DNA of 64,000 bases from Vicugna vicugna (Eukaryota), in the NCBI GenBank assembly GCA_013265495.1, contig MU058781.1:1654963-1718962 (forward strand), given 5' to 3'. Of the stretch, positions 30,356 through 42,300 are shown piece after piece (positions within the stretch are counted from its first letter, which is position 1; each line of letters opens with the position of its first letter). The notes under the pieces were generated by a model, which worked only from the letters and a program-made list of their open reading frames with translations, did no database searches and was not told the DNA's origin. A program made the position numbers and the translations under genes.

Positions 30356-33300
30356 GAATTGGTACTTCTGGTGCTACTAATTTTCACTATTCGTTTTACT
30401 GAATACACTGCTGGTGAAAAAAAATAAGTCGGCATTTGGGTCTTTGAATTAACTGTATTTTTCATATTTACGAATGATGATGTTACTGTAAAATACGTTG
30501 ACATTTAAGGATTTTGGTCAAGTACATATAGGACTGTTAGCTCAAGCTAGATTTTTTTAATGCTTTTAGAACAGATTTAAACATTTTTGTATTATACTTT
30601 AATTGTTGGGATGAGGTGAGCAGAAGAAATGCTGTTATTTAACGTAGCATGTGCTGTGAAAACCAGGTTGGTAAACCAGGGATCACTTTCTTGAAGAAAA
30701 TAGGTAACAATCTATTACTAAATGTTTTGTAACTTTTCTTGTGATTGTGACTGATATTTTATCCTTGAAGTTTCAATCCTAGAGTCACACTTAGAATTCA
30801 TGTCAGAAACATAAAGCTTAAATTCATGACTGGACTTGAAACATACTTTAAAAAAATTTACAAGCTCTCATTCTAAAAACAGTTCGTTAATTCAAAGTCT
30901 TTTCTATTTTATATTCGTAAATTATAGTTAAAATTTGTCTATTTTGTGATTGTTTTTTACAGTGATTGCTTTGCTTCTTGTGATGGTTTGTATTTGTCAT
31001 AGACAGTGCTAAAGAAGGTTGGATAAATTTTTTTTGTTTTTTTAAAGTAGTGTCTTTCTTAGACCTATAATCAGTGAGTGGCATGACCCAACAAAACGTT
31101 TTGTTGGGAAAAACAATATGAAACTTTATTTTATTTTTAAAACTTGAGATGCATTTCTTTGAAATGAAATTTGAGAAAAAATTTTTGTTGTGTACACAGG
31201 AAAAGGAAGATGTTTTGCCGTCTTTTCAGGAAAAGGATGGGAGTGGAATGGACAAGGATGCTCTCTATGTAAAGATCACATTCATTTTGTGTTCTCTGTG
31301 TGTGTGCTCTGTCTAGTTCTGTGTTCCCTGGGCTATCAGCACAATTGTTCCTCAAGCCAGAGGCAGAGAAATCCTCTTTGCTTCTCCTACACCCCTATAC
31401 CCCCCCATCCAATTTATCGCCATGTCTTGTCAATTTTACCTTTGATTACCCTACTAATATCCTAGTCTAAGCTGTCTTGTACCGGGCACACTCTAGGTGG
31501 AGGTAGACATTACTGAACAAAACAGACACAATTCTTGCTCTCATGGTGATTTCAGGCTGGCAGAGAGTCAGAGACAGATTACCAACCAAAGTAAGGTAGA
31601 AGGAAGAAAAGAACAGGGTGTTGTGATGGAGGAATAATTGAGGGTAGAGAGAGGCACTTAGCTTACTTTAGATAAGGTCCTGGAGCAAGACCTATCTAAA
31701 AAGGTGAAACCAAAGCTGAGATATGAAGAGTGGCAAGGAGCCAGAAGGTGGTAAGTGGTGGGGAGAAGCGGTCTAGCATAGAATAGCCAGTGCAAAGGCC
31801 CTGAGGCAAGGAAGAGTTTGACTTATCTTAGGACTCATTAGCGGGGAAGTCAGGCAGGAGAAATTGACAGAAATCAAATCACACAGAGCCCTGCGGACTC
31901 AGGCAAATGGTTTGGATTTGCTGTGAGTAGAGAGAAACCAGGCAGAAGCCTGAATTGGGAACATAGAGAATGAGGTATTCACCTCAGCTGGGTGAACCTA
32001 AACTCTTAACCTTTCCCAGCCTTGCTATCATTATCCCCAGATGAAGATTCTAACTGCTAGAGTGGTGTTGAGGGTTAAATGAGAACATTACTCAACACTT
32101 AACGCACCTGGAACAATAAGGCTTACTGCGTGGTAACTTAAAAAAGAATATATTCGTAGTAGAATGCATGCTTAGCGTGCATACCTGGGTTCAGTCCTCA
32201 GTACCTTCATTAAAAATAAATAAATAAACCTAACTGCCTCCCCCTCTCCAAAAACCCACAAACAACAAAAAACAGTTTAAAAAAAAAAGAAAAAGAATAT
32301 ATTCAGCTTAAGTGTTAAATTTCAAATGCTATCTTCCCATTTAAGTCAATATTAAGAATAAGTGTAATTTTAGGCTGTATATAGTAAAATGACTCATTAA
32401 AATAATATTGTATATTGTAATTTAGCCTGTAATTGGGCTGGATTCTTTTTTTTTTTTTTGGCTAGTTATTATTTTCTATTTCTTTTTTTTATTTTTTAAT
32501 GGAGATACTGGGGATTGAACCCAGGACCTTGTGCATGCTAAGCATGCACTCTACCACTGAGCTATACCCTCCCCCAAAGACTGAATTTTTAAAAAAATAA
32601 AAGAATCTTATCTTTTATAGTACAGATACTTAAGGACATTTCTGTTATTCAAGTATACATACTTTGAAAGTTAAGATATTTCTGGCAGAAAAAATCCTGT
32701 TCATCATGACAATTTGCATACTTATCAGCTTCCATTAACTACTTATTAGTGTTGAACTCATGTTCTTCTATTATCATTTTTGTAATTTAACAAATGATAA
32801 TAGGCTTGAATTTTATAGTGTTTTGCAATTTCTAACATTACTAAGGCTAAAGTCTCTTCACCCAGAGATACCTGTAAATTCAGGTGTTTTCTTTTGTTTC
32901 ATGAGGCAGAGGTTATTGGGGTTTTTTATTTATATTTGGAGGAGGTACTGGGGATTAGAACCCAGGACCTTGTGCATGCTAAACAGGCACACTACTACTT
33001 GAGCTATATGTGCCTCTCCAGGTGTAGTTTTCTCTTAAATCTGTTGTTCTCAAACTTTAGCATGCTGTGACTCATCTGAAGGGCCCCACCCCCAGGGTTT
33101 CGGAGTCCTAACGAGTCTGCACATGGTGCTCCTGCTGCTGGTGGTCCTGGAACCACATTTTGCAAACTACAATCTTAAGCCACCAAACTCACCTACTGTC
33201 TCCGTTATTATTTACTGTTCAAGCTATAACTCTGTATTTACCCCTCTATTATTTTTGCACTAAATTATTGATAAGGATCATTAGAAATATTACTATGAGA

Positions 33301-36300
33301 TAACTCTTCTTGGGGAAAAATAGTAATTTTTAAACTACGAATTTTCCAGCTTCAGTCACTTATTACTGATGCATTCCATGATGAAGAATTTCGGAAAATA
33401 AAAGAATATTTTCGACAGAGAGAGCGCCACGTTCCTCAAAAATATAATCATCTTTTACTACACCATCTTGACAGGTTAATAAGTAAGGCAAGTAGGTTTT
33501 GTTTTGTAACCAGAAAACTGAAGGGTAATCATATGTAAGGTTTTAAACTTCGTGTGGCCTAATTCCTAGGAACTGGATAAAAATGAATTTCAGCATGTTT
33601 CACTCTTGCTGAAATGTATTCAGCGATTCTTCATTGATGGCCTCAAAGAAGATGAGCCTTTGCTAATTCAGCAAGGACTGATCCCAAAGATAAGTGTCCC
33701 ATTTTAGTTTTGTGTACATTTGGGTACCCTAAAGAACTAGAGTGGATTGAGTTGCCTGGTTTGGTATTTTCTGTTCCTGTGAAATAAAGTTGGAAAAGGA
33801 ATTGGTACTGATGCTGACTGCCTATATCCAATCAAAAACTAAGTTTGACATATGTTTCCCGGTGTATGGGGTTGGGTGGGCTGAGCACGTGGGGAGTGTA
33901 CAGGAATGAGTCAGATACAGCCCAGAATCTCTCCTGGACAAGCCAGTGCAGTAATAGCATCATTTTATTATTTTAGTGTTTAACTAGGAAATGCAGGATG
34001 AGGAGAGTGGACTATTATTACACACCGTTCCCCCCAAACTAACTATTTTAATAGTTTATTAACGAGACAGGACATACTTCCCCTTGCCACAGCCCACTTT
34101 TCCAGCTTTCTAAAATCCTGGTTGAATGTGAAAAAGCAAATGGCAAAATTTTTTTTTTTTGCTTATTCTAAGTCAACCCAGTTATGCAAATGTATTCTGG
34201 GTTTTTTTTTTTTTTTTACAGAAGGTAACATGATGTGTGCCTTTAGGATGGCACCTGGAAGCAAAGTGGAGTTTGCAAAATCTCTTAACTGCAGTTCTCT
34301 TTTTTCCATAACATTTTCAGCCCTGAGATTATTTATTGGTGAGAACAGGAGGGTAGGTAGAGGGGCAGAAGGGTGATCTGGCTGGTAATAAAATCTTTGA
34401 TTTACCCCCTGGACTCTAGTACTTGAAATTTATCAAGACCAGGCTGAACTTACTTACAAAACAGAAACAGACTCACATAGACAACAAACTTAGGGTTCCC
34501 AGGGGGGAAAAGGCGTGGGGAGGGATAAATTAGGAGTTTAGGATTTGCAGGTGCTAGCTACTATAAATAAAACAGATAAACAACAAGGTTCTGTAGAGTA
34601 CAGGGAACAGTATTCAATATCTTGAAATAACCTATATTGAAAAAGAATATGAAAAGGAATATGTATATGTGTAACTGAATCACTATGCTGTACACCAAAA
34701 ACTAATACCGTGTTGTAAATCGACTATACTTCAATTAGAAAAAAAAAAATCAGTTGGGCCAAGGAGATCTGTCTCTGCCCCCTTTTTTTTTTTTTTTTAA
34801 ACTGTAAAATGCCTCTAATCATGGGGCTTCCCCTCCAGAGGAGAGAACGTAAACTCCAGGCTTACCTAATCCTTCTCAGGGACTTTAAAAGGGTTTGCAG
34901 CCAGGAGAGTTGGGGGGTGGGGGGAGTGGAAATCCAAGGGCTGTACTTATGCAGACTGTGTATATTTCATTTTGTTTAGCTCCATCTAGCTCTCTGACAG
35001 ACTTACTCATGCAGATAACAGGACACAGGGAAAAAGAGCTAAAATTCTAAAAACTCTGAAGGAAATGGAGCAGGGATGTCCCAGGGGTACCTTGGAAGTT
35101 CACGCTGATTTGAGGGGGTGTTAATTGGGATCTTCTCCAAAATGAATTTCCTGTTTTGACTTGAGTGCCCTCCAAGGCTTAAAGTGTCAGATCAAGTCTC
35201 TACAGGCATTTTGATATCAAATAGGAATTTCCACACTCCATTGGAATTCTAGTTGGTGATGGAGATGCCATAACCATAATTTAGGCACATTCTAAAGCAT
35301 ATACTATTATTTCATGGTGGTTTTGGCCAAGGAGAATAGATCGGTATTATTAAAGTGGATGGGATACTAGATTTTATATTTCTGAAGCCCACTGTGTTTG
35401 CAGGCTCAGCAGAAAGTGTGCTGGGAAGCTATTCTCCATAGAATAAGAATTTCCAACAGAAGGGAACATATTTGGCCCTGTACTTGAAGATCCAGGAGGA
35501 TTAAGTAGCTTGTCCTTTACCAAAGGCTTAATGAGTCGTAGCTCTTGCATCCATAAATAATGGTTTCATCTGGCTTCTGGTAGTGGGGCAGCTGTGGGCG
35601 CAGCCGGTGTGTCTGGTAGACCATGTCTGGTCATGGTACGTAGATGGGTTCAGAGTAACCTCCTAGTCCAAGTCATGATCAAATAATGTGGCATTTCCCC
35701 GCCAAATCTATACTCAATCCATGTATTTTGAGGGGCTGAGAAGAGGACAGGATTTAGGGGGATAAATAGAATAATGACAAAAATGTATTTGAGAGCATAG
35801 AATTTTGAGCATGGATGGAGGAAGGGAGAAAATACCGCTTTAGCATTGAGTTCTACCATGTAGAGGGACATTTCTTCTCTTGGGCTGTTGGAGAAAAGTT
35901 TGCTTCAGGAGGTGGAGGACTTAGTCTAATGTAAATATCTGTGTAATTTGAGATAAACATCACCTGGGAAAAATCAGTGACTTTCAAACCTTGCTGTAGC
36001 TTAGAATCACCTGGAGAGCTTGAGCAAGAAGCACCGCGTGGGTCCCATCATGAGAAGTTCTGATTTACTGGGTTGGCAGTGAGTCCCAGTATCGGGGCAT
36101 TTCAGAGCTCTCCAGGTTTTCCTAATGTGCAGCGAAGAATGAGGATTAGTGGGTTTCTCCGTGGTTTTCAGCGGGTACCTTGGGTTCTTGGCCAAGTGGA
36201 CAAAGTTCCCAAGGCCTCGCTTCTATAAGAATCATTCATCACAAACTCAGGCTACTAACTCCTTGTTCAACTGGTGATTTCTAGCTGTGCATGCAGGATT

Positions 36301-39300
36301 TCATCTTTCTTCTTTCCTTTCTTTCATCTCAGCAAAAATGGTCCAAAGATGGCCTTCACTTAATTGAATAAATATGTTCTAGAAGGTTTATATAAATTTA
36401 TTTTAATTCATGCCAATTCTAGCAAACATACTATGAACTTGGGTATTTGTTCCAACAGAAAAGAAATCTCCAATTAGCTGGAGCTTTCGGCCGAAGAAAG
36501 GTGGCCAGGCCTGAGGTGTACTGCTCCAGCATGCTTTTGGAGCACTTTTCATGCTTTTGGGGCAGTTTTCAAAATCTGCATGTCCTTTGTTATTTAACGG
36601 CTTGTTTTCTGCAGCCTCTGAGACAACAGGAATTTCTCCTGTGTGGAGAGGCTCATTTATCCCTTAACCTCTTAGGAACCTCTTTATATGGGTCTCTGGT
36701 TTTGACCGTCTTGGCCAGGCCTCCAGTGCTCCTTGGTGTCTGAGAACTGACTGCAACTCTGTAGCAGTCTGGTTCCATTCTGGAGTGTTCTAGGTGGCAT
36801 TCTCAGAGCCAGGCCGAACTGAAATGGCAGGGAATGGGAAAAGGTCTTGAAAGTTATTTTGCCCTAGTGAAGGAATTATCTTGTGAAATTTTTATCGAAT
36901 GCATGGTAATTACTCAGCCAGGGAGATTTCATCAGTGTTTCTTCCCCTGTGTACATGGTTTCCTGGTTTGAAAGAACAGCGGGATTTCTGACCACGGCAG
37001 ATCTAGCCTCGGACACATCCCTGATTAACCTGACGACACACTTCTTTGACACAGCCTTGGTAAGGATGGGGGCGGAGGCGGCACTGAGCAGACACCGTTG
37101 GTAATTTGTAGGAATCTTCGAGTTATTTATAAAACTTGTGTTTGGTTTTACTAAAAGATATGGGTTTTACTAAAGGACTACCATATTTTATTATTAGAAT
37201 ATTATATGAGATAGTAAACAAACAATATATATTACAAATATGAGAAAATGAGGTGATTTATTTTCAGATATGTGATTCACCTGATTGAGGGTGATACACT
37301 GATTTTAATAAAGTGATGGACAGTCAAACAGACGTTCTCTGAATTTTTTTTTTTACTGTAGTTAACTTTAACCTCTGCCTGTTAGAGAAGTATCAACATC
37401 AATATATTAATGTTGTACTTTGTAATGTTGTATTTATCATGCTTTTTAAAAATAATACGAGCTTTACTTTTTCTTTCTTTTTATTAGATTATTTCCAGAA
37501 CAAGTAGTAAAGGTAAGTGTATTATTTACTACTAATTGGCTGTTTACTTTTCATTAATAGAATATTCTTGTTCAGAGAGAAGAATATTTCTCTAAATGGT
37601 ATATAAAGGTGAAGTGGACTTAACTGCTTTATTTAGATTTATTGATGATCTACGGTAGTCAAATTGAGATGCTGAGATGAATTTTGTTGTAGAGGATAAC
37701 TCATTTGCCTGCAGGGCACCTCTGTTTAGCTGCTCCAGTCACCCTTTGGCCATTTAGCTCCATCCAGGGATGGAGAGTCACTTTTGTCATTCAGAACCAG
37801 TGAAAATTAGCTATTTCTGATTTAACTTGGAGCCAATTCCGATGCCTTTCTGTCTTTCAACAGTGCAAAAGGTAGATAATTGGGAGGTTAGAGCAATGAT
37901 TTTGTTCAATTTAGCTCATGTTAAAGGTAATCCAACATTGTGAATTATGAAACCATGGATTCAAAGATGCAGAGAAACTGGGGCCATCTTAAATGCACAT
38001 GTCCCCTCCCTACTGCCCATCTTTTTATTTTTCTTTTGAAAAGTTGTTATTAAACTGACACTGCATTCTACAGTGAATGGTATCTTATAAATAAAGGATA
38101 TGTAAGTTTCTAAAACTGAATTTTTTCTTAAGTATGCACAGTGCTTGTTTGACTTTAAAAAGAGGTCCCAATAATCTAAGTCGGGGGATCTTAATAGTTT
38201 CTTTTTCTAAAAATTTTAAATTATTTATTATTGTATTATTTTAATTTTTTTTGTTTGTTTTTGGCTGGCAGGGCGGTGGGGGGAAGGTAATTAGGTTTAT
38301 TTATTTTCAGAGGGGGTACTAAGGATCAAACCTAGGGCCTCCTGCATGCTCAGCATGCGTTCTACCACTTGAGCTATACCCTCCCCTCCCTGAATAGTTT
38401 GAAGTCAGTTTTTTTCTGAACTTCAAAAGTGAGAGTTACTGTCTCTAAAACTGGCCGATAAACTACATAGTGGTAAAAGCTACTTTGAATTTTGGAACAT
38501 TTAAAAATAAACTATCACAATAAAGGTGTGAAAGAAAAAAAATTTTTTTAAAAGCTTGTCTTTTGTTGATTACAACAATGTGTATACACACAGCATATTT
38601 TTTCAAAAATATGTATGAGAGAGTTCTATTCAGTCTATTGTTGTTGTTTGGACCACTTAATAGGTTTATATAATCCTTGCAGTCACTCCGAGGCCCCGGG
38701 TGGAGGAAACGCCGCTCTGGGTGACTGCATCAGTTAGCCCCAGCAGCCGTAACAAAATCCTGCGGGCGGAGGGGCTTAATCAACAGAAATTTATCCCGGC
38801 TTGTAGACAGCCCCCTTCTTGCTGTGTCCTCACAGGGCAGAGAGCAAGCCAACTCTCTGGCATCCTGTCCTAATCCCGTGATGAGGACCCCAGCCTCAGG
38901 CCTCATCTAAGTTGAATGACCTCCCAAAGGAGCCCGTCTCAAACACCATTGCCTCCAGGGTTGGGCTTCAACATATTAAATTTGGGGGAAAAAGTTCAGT
39001 CCATAGCAATAGCAGATTGTGCTTGGAGCCCACTCTGGCCAGTTCAGGGGGTGCCGATCTCTCTGCAAGGGTCGGACTTTCACGTGTCACTTTGTACGCG
39101 GCCGGCGGGTAGTGTCCAGGCTCTACAGAGCCGATGTCTGATCTCACTCTCTGTGAAGTACAAAGATGTTTTCAGTGACCACCTTCTCACCTCCTCACCT
39201 CCTCCTGCCATTGATAGAATTATTCCTTCCTTTTTGTTCCAAGATACATTTTATTGTATGCATTTTTTTAACATTTTTTACTGATTTATAATCATTTTAC

Positions 39301-42300
39301 AATGTTGTGTCAAATTCCAGTGTTCAGCACAATTTTTCAGTCATTCATGGACATATACACACTCATTGTCACGTTTTTTTCTCTGTGAGTTATCATAACA
39401 TTTTGTGTATATTTCCCTGTGCTATACAGTGTAATCTTATCTATTCTACAATTTTGAAATCCCAGTCTATCCCTTCCCACCCTCCACCCCCCTGGTAACC
39501 ACAAGTCTGTATTCTCTGTCTGTGAGTCTATTTCTGTCCTGTATTTATGCTTTGTTTTTGTTTGTTTGTTTTTGTTTTTGTTTTTTAGATTCCACACATG
39601 AGCGATCTCATATGGTATTTTTCTTTCTCTTTCTGGCTTACTTCACTTAGAATGACATTCTCCAGGAGCATCCATGTTGCTGCAAGTGGCATTATGTTGT
39701 CGGTTTTTATGGTTGAATGGTATTCCATTGTATAAATATACCACATCTTCTTTATCCAGTCACCTGTATGCGTTTTGTTTTTATAATTCCTTTGCTTTGT
39801 GCTTTGCTATATGGATTTTATATTCTTTCACTATTAGCTTCTCTCTAGTGATTTGAATGACTTCTGTCCTAGTTTTATTCTTCTGGTTCTTACTCTTAAT
39901 TTAATTATCGACATCAGTGTGATAGCAGCTTATTTCTCCTTTATACATGACAGGAATTCAACCTGTTTTTATTCTTCATCTTCTACCCAGATTTAGTCTG
40001 GGGCTTTAGGCTTGTATTGTATGTATGTCTTTGTAAACAGTGCATAAATGAAGTCATCAATAACAGTTTATTAATAGGCATAAAGTGTGACCACATCCCT
40101 TGTTTTTTTTTAGTTTACAAGGTACTGATATATAAGTAGCCACTCATGTTTCTAGGATTAAGCTGTTTAATAAAGGCCAACCTTTTACTTAAAAATTCCC
40201 ACTTCTGTTAGCATTCAGACCTTTATAAAATTTTTATTTTTGCAAAATACACAAGTGTAAGAAATGCGTAGAAACAATGGGGAAGTGTGTGCAGGAGCTG
40301 CCCTTGGCACGTGGCTCAGTCTGGACACAAACAGTGGCTTTGCCTGAGATGCGATCATCACAGTCTCACTTCGCAGGTCCAGCTGCTGTTTTCCGCGGTG
40401 GGCTCTGTGCTGCGCAAATTGATGGTGGCCTTGGGGGCGGGTTCTCGAACTGGAGGCAGGCTGTAATTTGTCCCTTGCCCCGACTGTATTGTTTCTGAAA
40501 CCTTGCCTGCTTACAGCTTTCCAGCCTTTGCCTCCCCCTGTGTAGGAGTCATGTCCTTATTCTTTTTAGCAGCGGTTTGATTCCTCTAAAATTCCGCTTT
40601 CAGGGAAAAGTCAGATGTTGGTCTCCTTCATATTTACCTTGGGATTTCTGGTGACAGAAGAGGCTGTGGACCATTTGATCCAACGGGAGGTGAGTTGCAA
40701 ATAACAACCCTGAGAGCCGTTGCCCTGGACCCCTTGGAGATGCTCACGCCCAGGTCTCTTTGGTTTCTCCCCCATGAACACCTTCCTCAATTCCGTCCAG
40801 GGCCTGAGGACTTTGAACTGCATTCTACAAGCCGTGCCTCGAGAAGAGAGAAAACAGCTCCTCGTGTCAGAAGACCCGTGTCGTCTTATGTACGTGACCT
40901 TCACTCGATTAGGTGGTGACGTCAGGACAAAATCTGTCTTTGTTCCACTTTGGCCTGATGACTTGGTTCCTTCAGTCATCAAGCTGCTCAGATCAGGCCC
41001 TGAGCTGAGGGGGGAAAACTAGACTGCTGAGCTCTTCTTTTTAGCAGCGTGGTGTTCGGGGCGGTTTTTTTCCACATCAATTTCATGAGGTGAAATGCTT
41101 TCTTAGGCTGTAGATTATTTTTCATTGTGCATAGGAACAAAATTAGTGATTCATGGGAGAATGTAAGGGGTACAGACTGGTGCCAGATCAGTTGGCTTCA
41201 AATCCTAGTTTTGCTACTTAAGCTGGTTGCCTTCTCTACATCACAGTCTTTTTAAAAAAAATTTTTTTAAATTGAAGTATAGTTGATTTACAATGCTGTG
41301 TCAGTTTCAAGTGTACAGCAAAGTGATTGGTTATACATATATGTCTACTTTTTCCAGATTGTTTTTCATTATAGGCTATTACAAGATACTGAATATAGTT
41401 CCTCGTGCTATACAGTAGGCCCTTGTTTATCTATTTTATGTATAGTAATGTAGATCATAGTTGTAACCTCACTATACCTCGGTCTGCTCATCTGTGAAAT
41501 GGAGCCACATTAATACCTGATCGATAGAATGATTGCATGGGTCAATTTCAGGCAGTCCACTGAAGGTGATTAACACATTGCCTGAGAGAGAGTTGATGCT
41601 CAGAGCTCACTGGCTATTAACTACACCCACAGGGACTGTATGGCTTTCAGAGGGATGGAATATGGGGGTTTTGGTGACCCACTCACAATTACGTAGTTCT
41701 TAGGACATTCAAATTTGGACGTAAGGTTGTCATATGTGACTGTGGCAAGAGGAACACCAGCACTCTGGAAATTTGAACTGAAACCTATGGCTGTGCTGAC
41801 CACTCACCAGCGTCAGTGACATCACTGTGGCACACCATCCGCCAGGTGACGTGCAGCCAGGACTGGGAGAGGAGGGGCCGTGAGTTGGCCGTAGTGTAGA
41901 CCTGAGGAGGTGATTGGTGAGCATGGAGCTCATTGTGTTTGTCCATCTAACTGGTCTTTGCAGGATGCATGTTCCCTCTGAATTTTTCCTACAAAGTAGT
42001 CATTGAATACGTTAGTTTAATCATTACCCTTAGTTGTGTGCTTAGATCTGGAGAGCAGCTGACCTGATGTTTTCACCTCAGCTTCCAGACTAATGCAGTG
42101 GTCCTACCTGATTGTGTGTTCTAGTCTGGAATGTTCTGGACTTGAGGTCAAACGTCAAATCTGCAAGCAGAAAATTGAGTAGAACTCTCAGCGGTACTGT
42201 TTTAAGGCTTCTATTTTAGAAGTAACAAATCAGTCCATTTGTTATGAGAAAGCTACAGAGTTTCATAACAAGTCTTTAAAATGGGGGTTATTTCAGACAT

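Noticed and set aside
26111..30504. Many 60-160 aa ORFs in the GC-rich promoters
   Set aside because: Expected from stop-codon scarcity in CpG islands; low-complexity Arg/Pro/Gly translations.
33570..37059. SYCP2L pseudogenisation by broken splice sites
   Set aside because: The AT donor and AC acceptor are a matched pair, and all 25 exons are stop-free and in phase.
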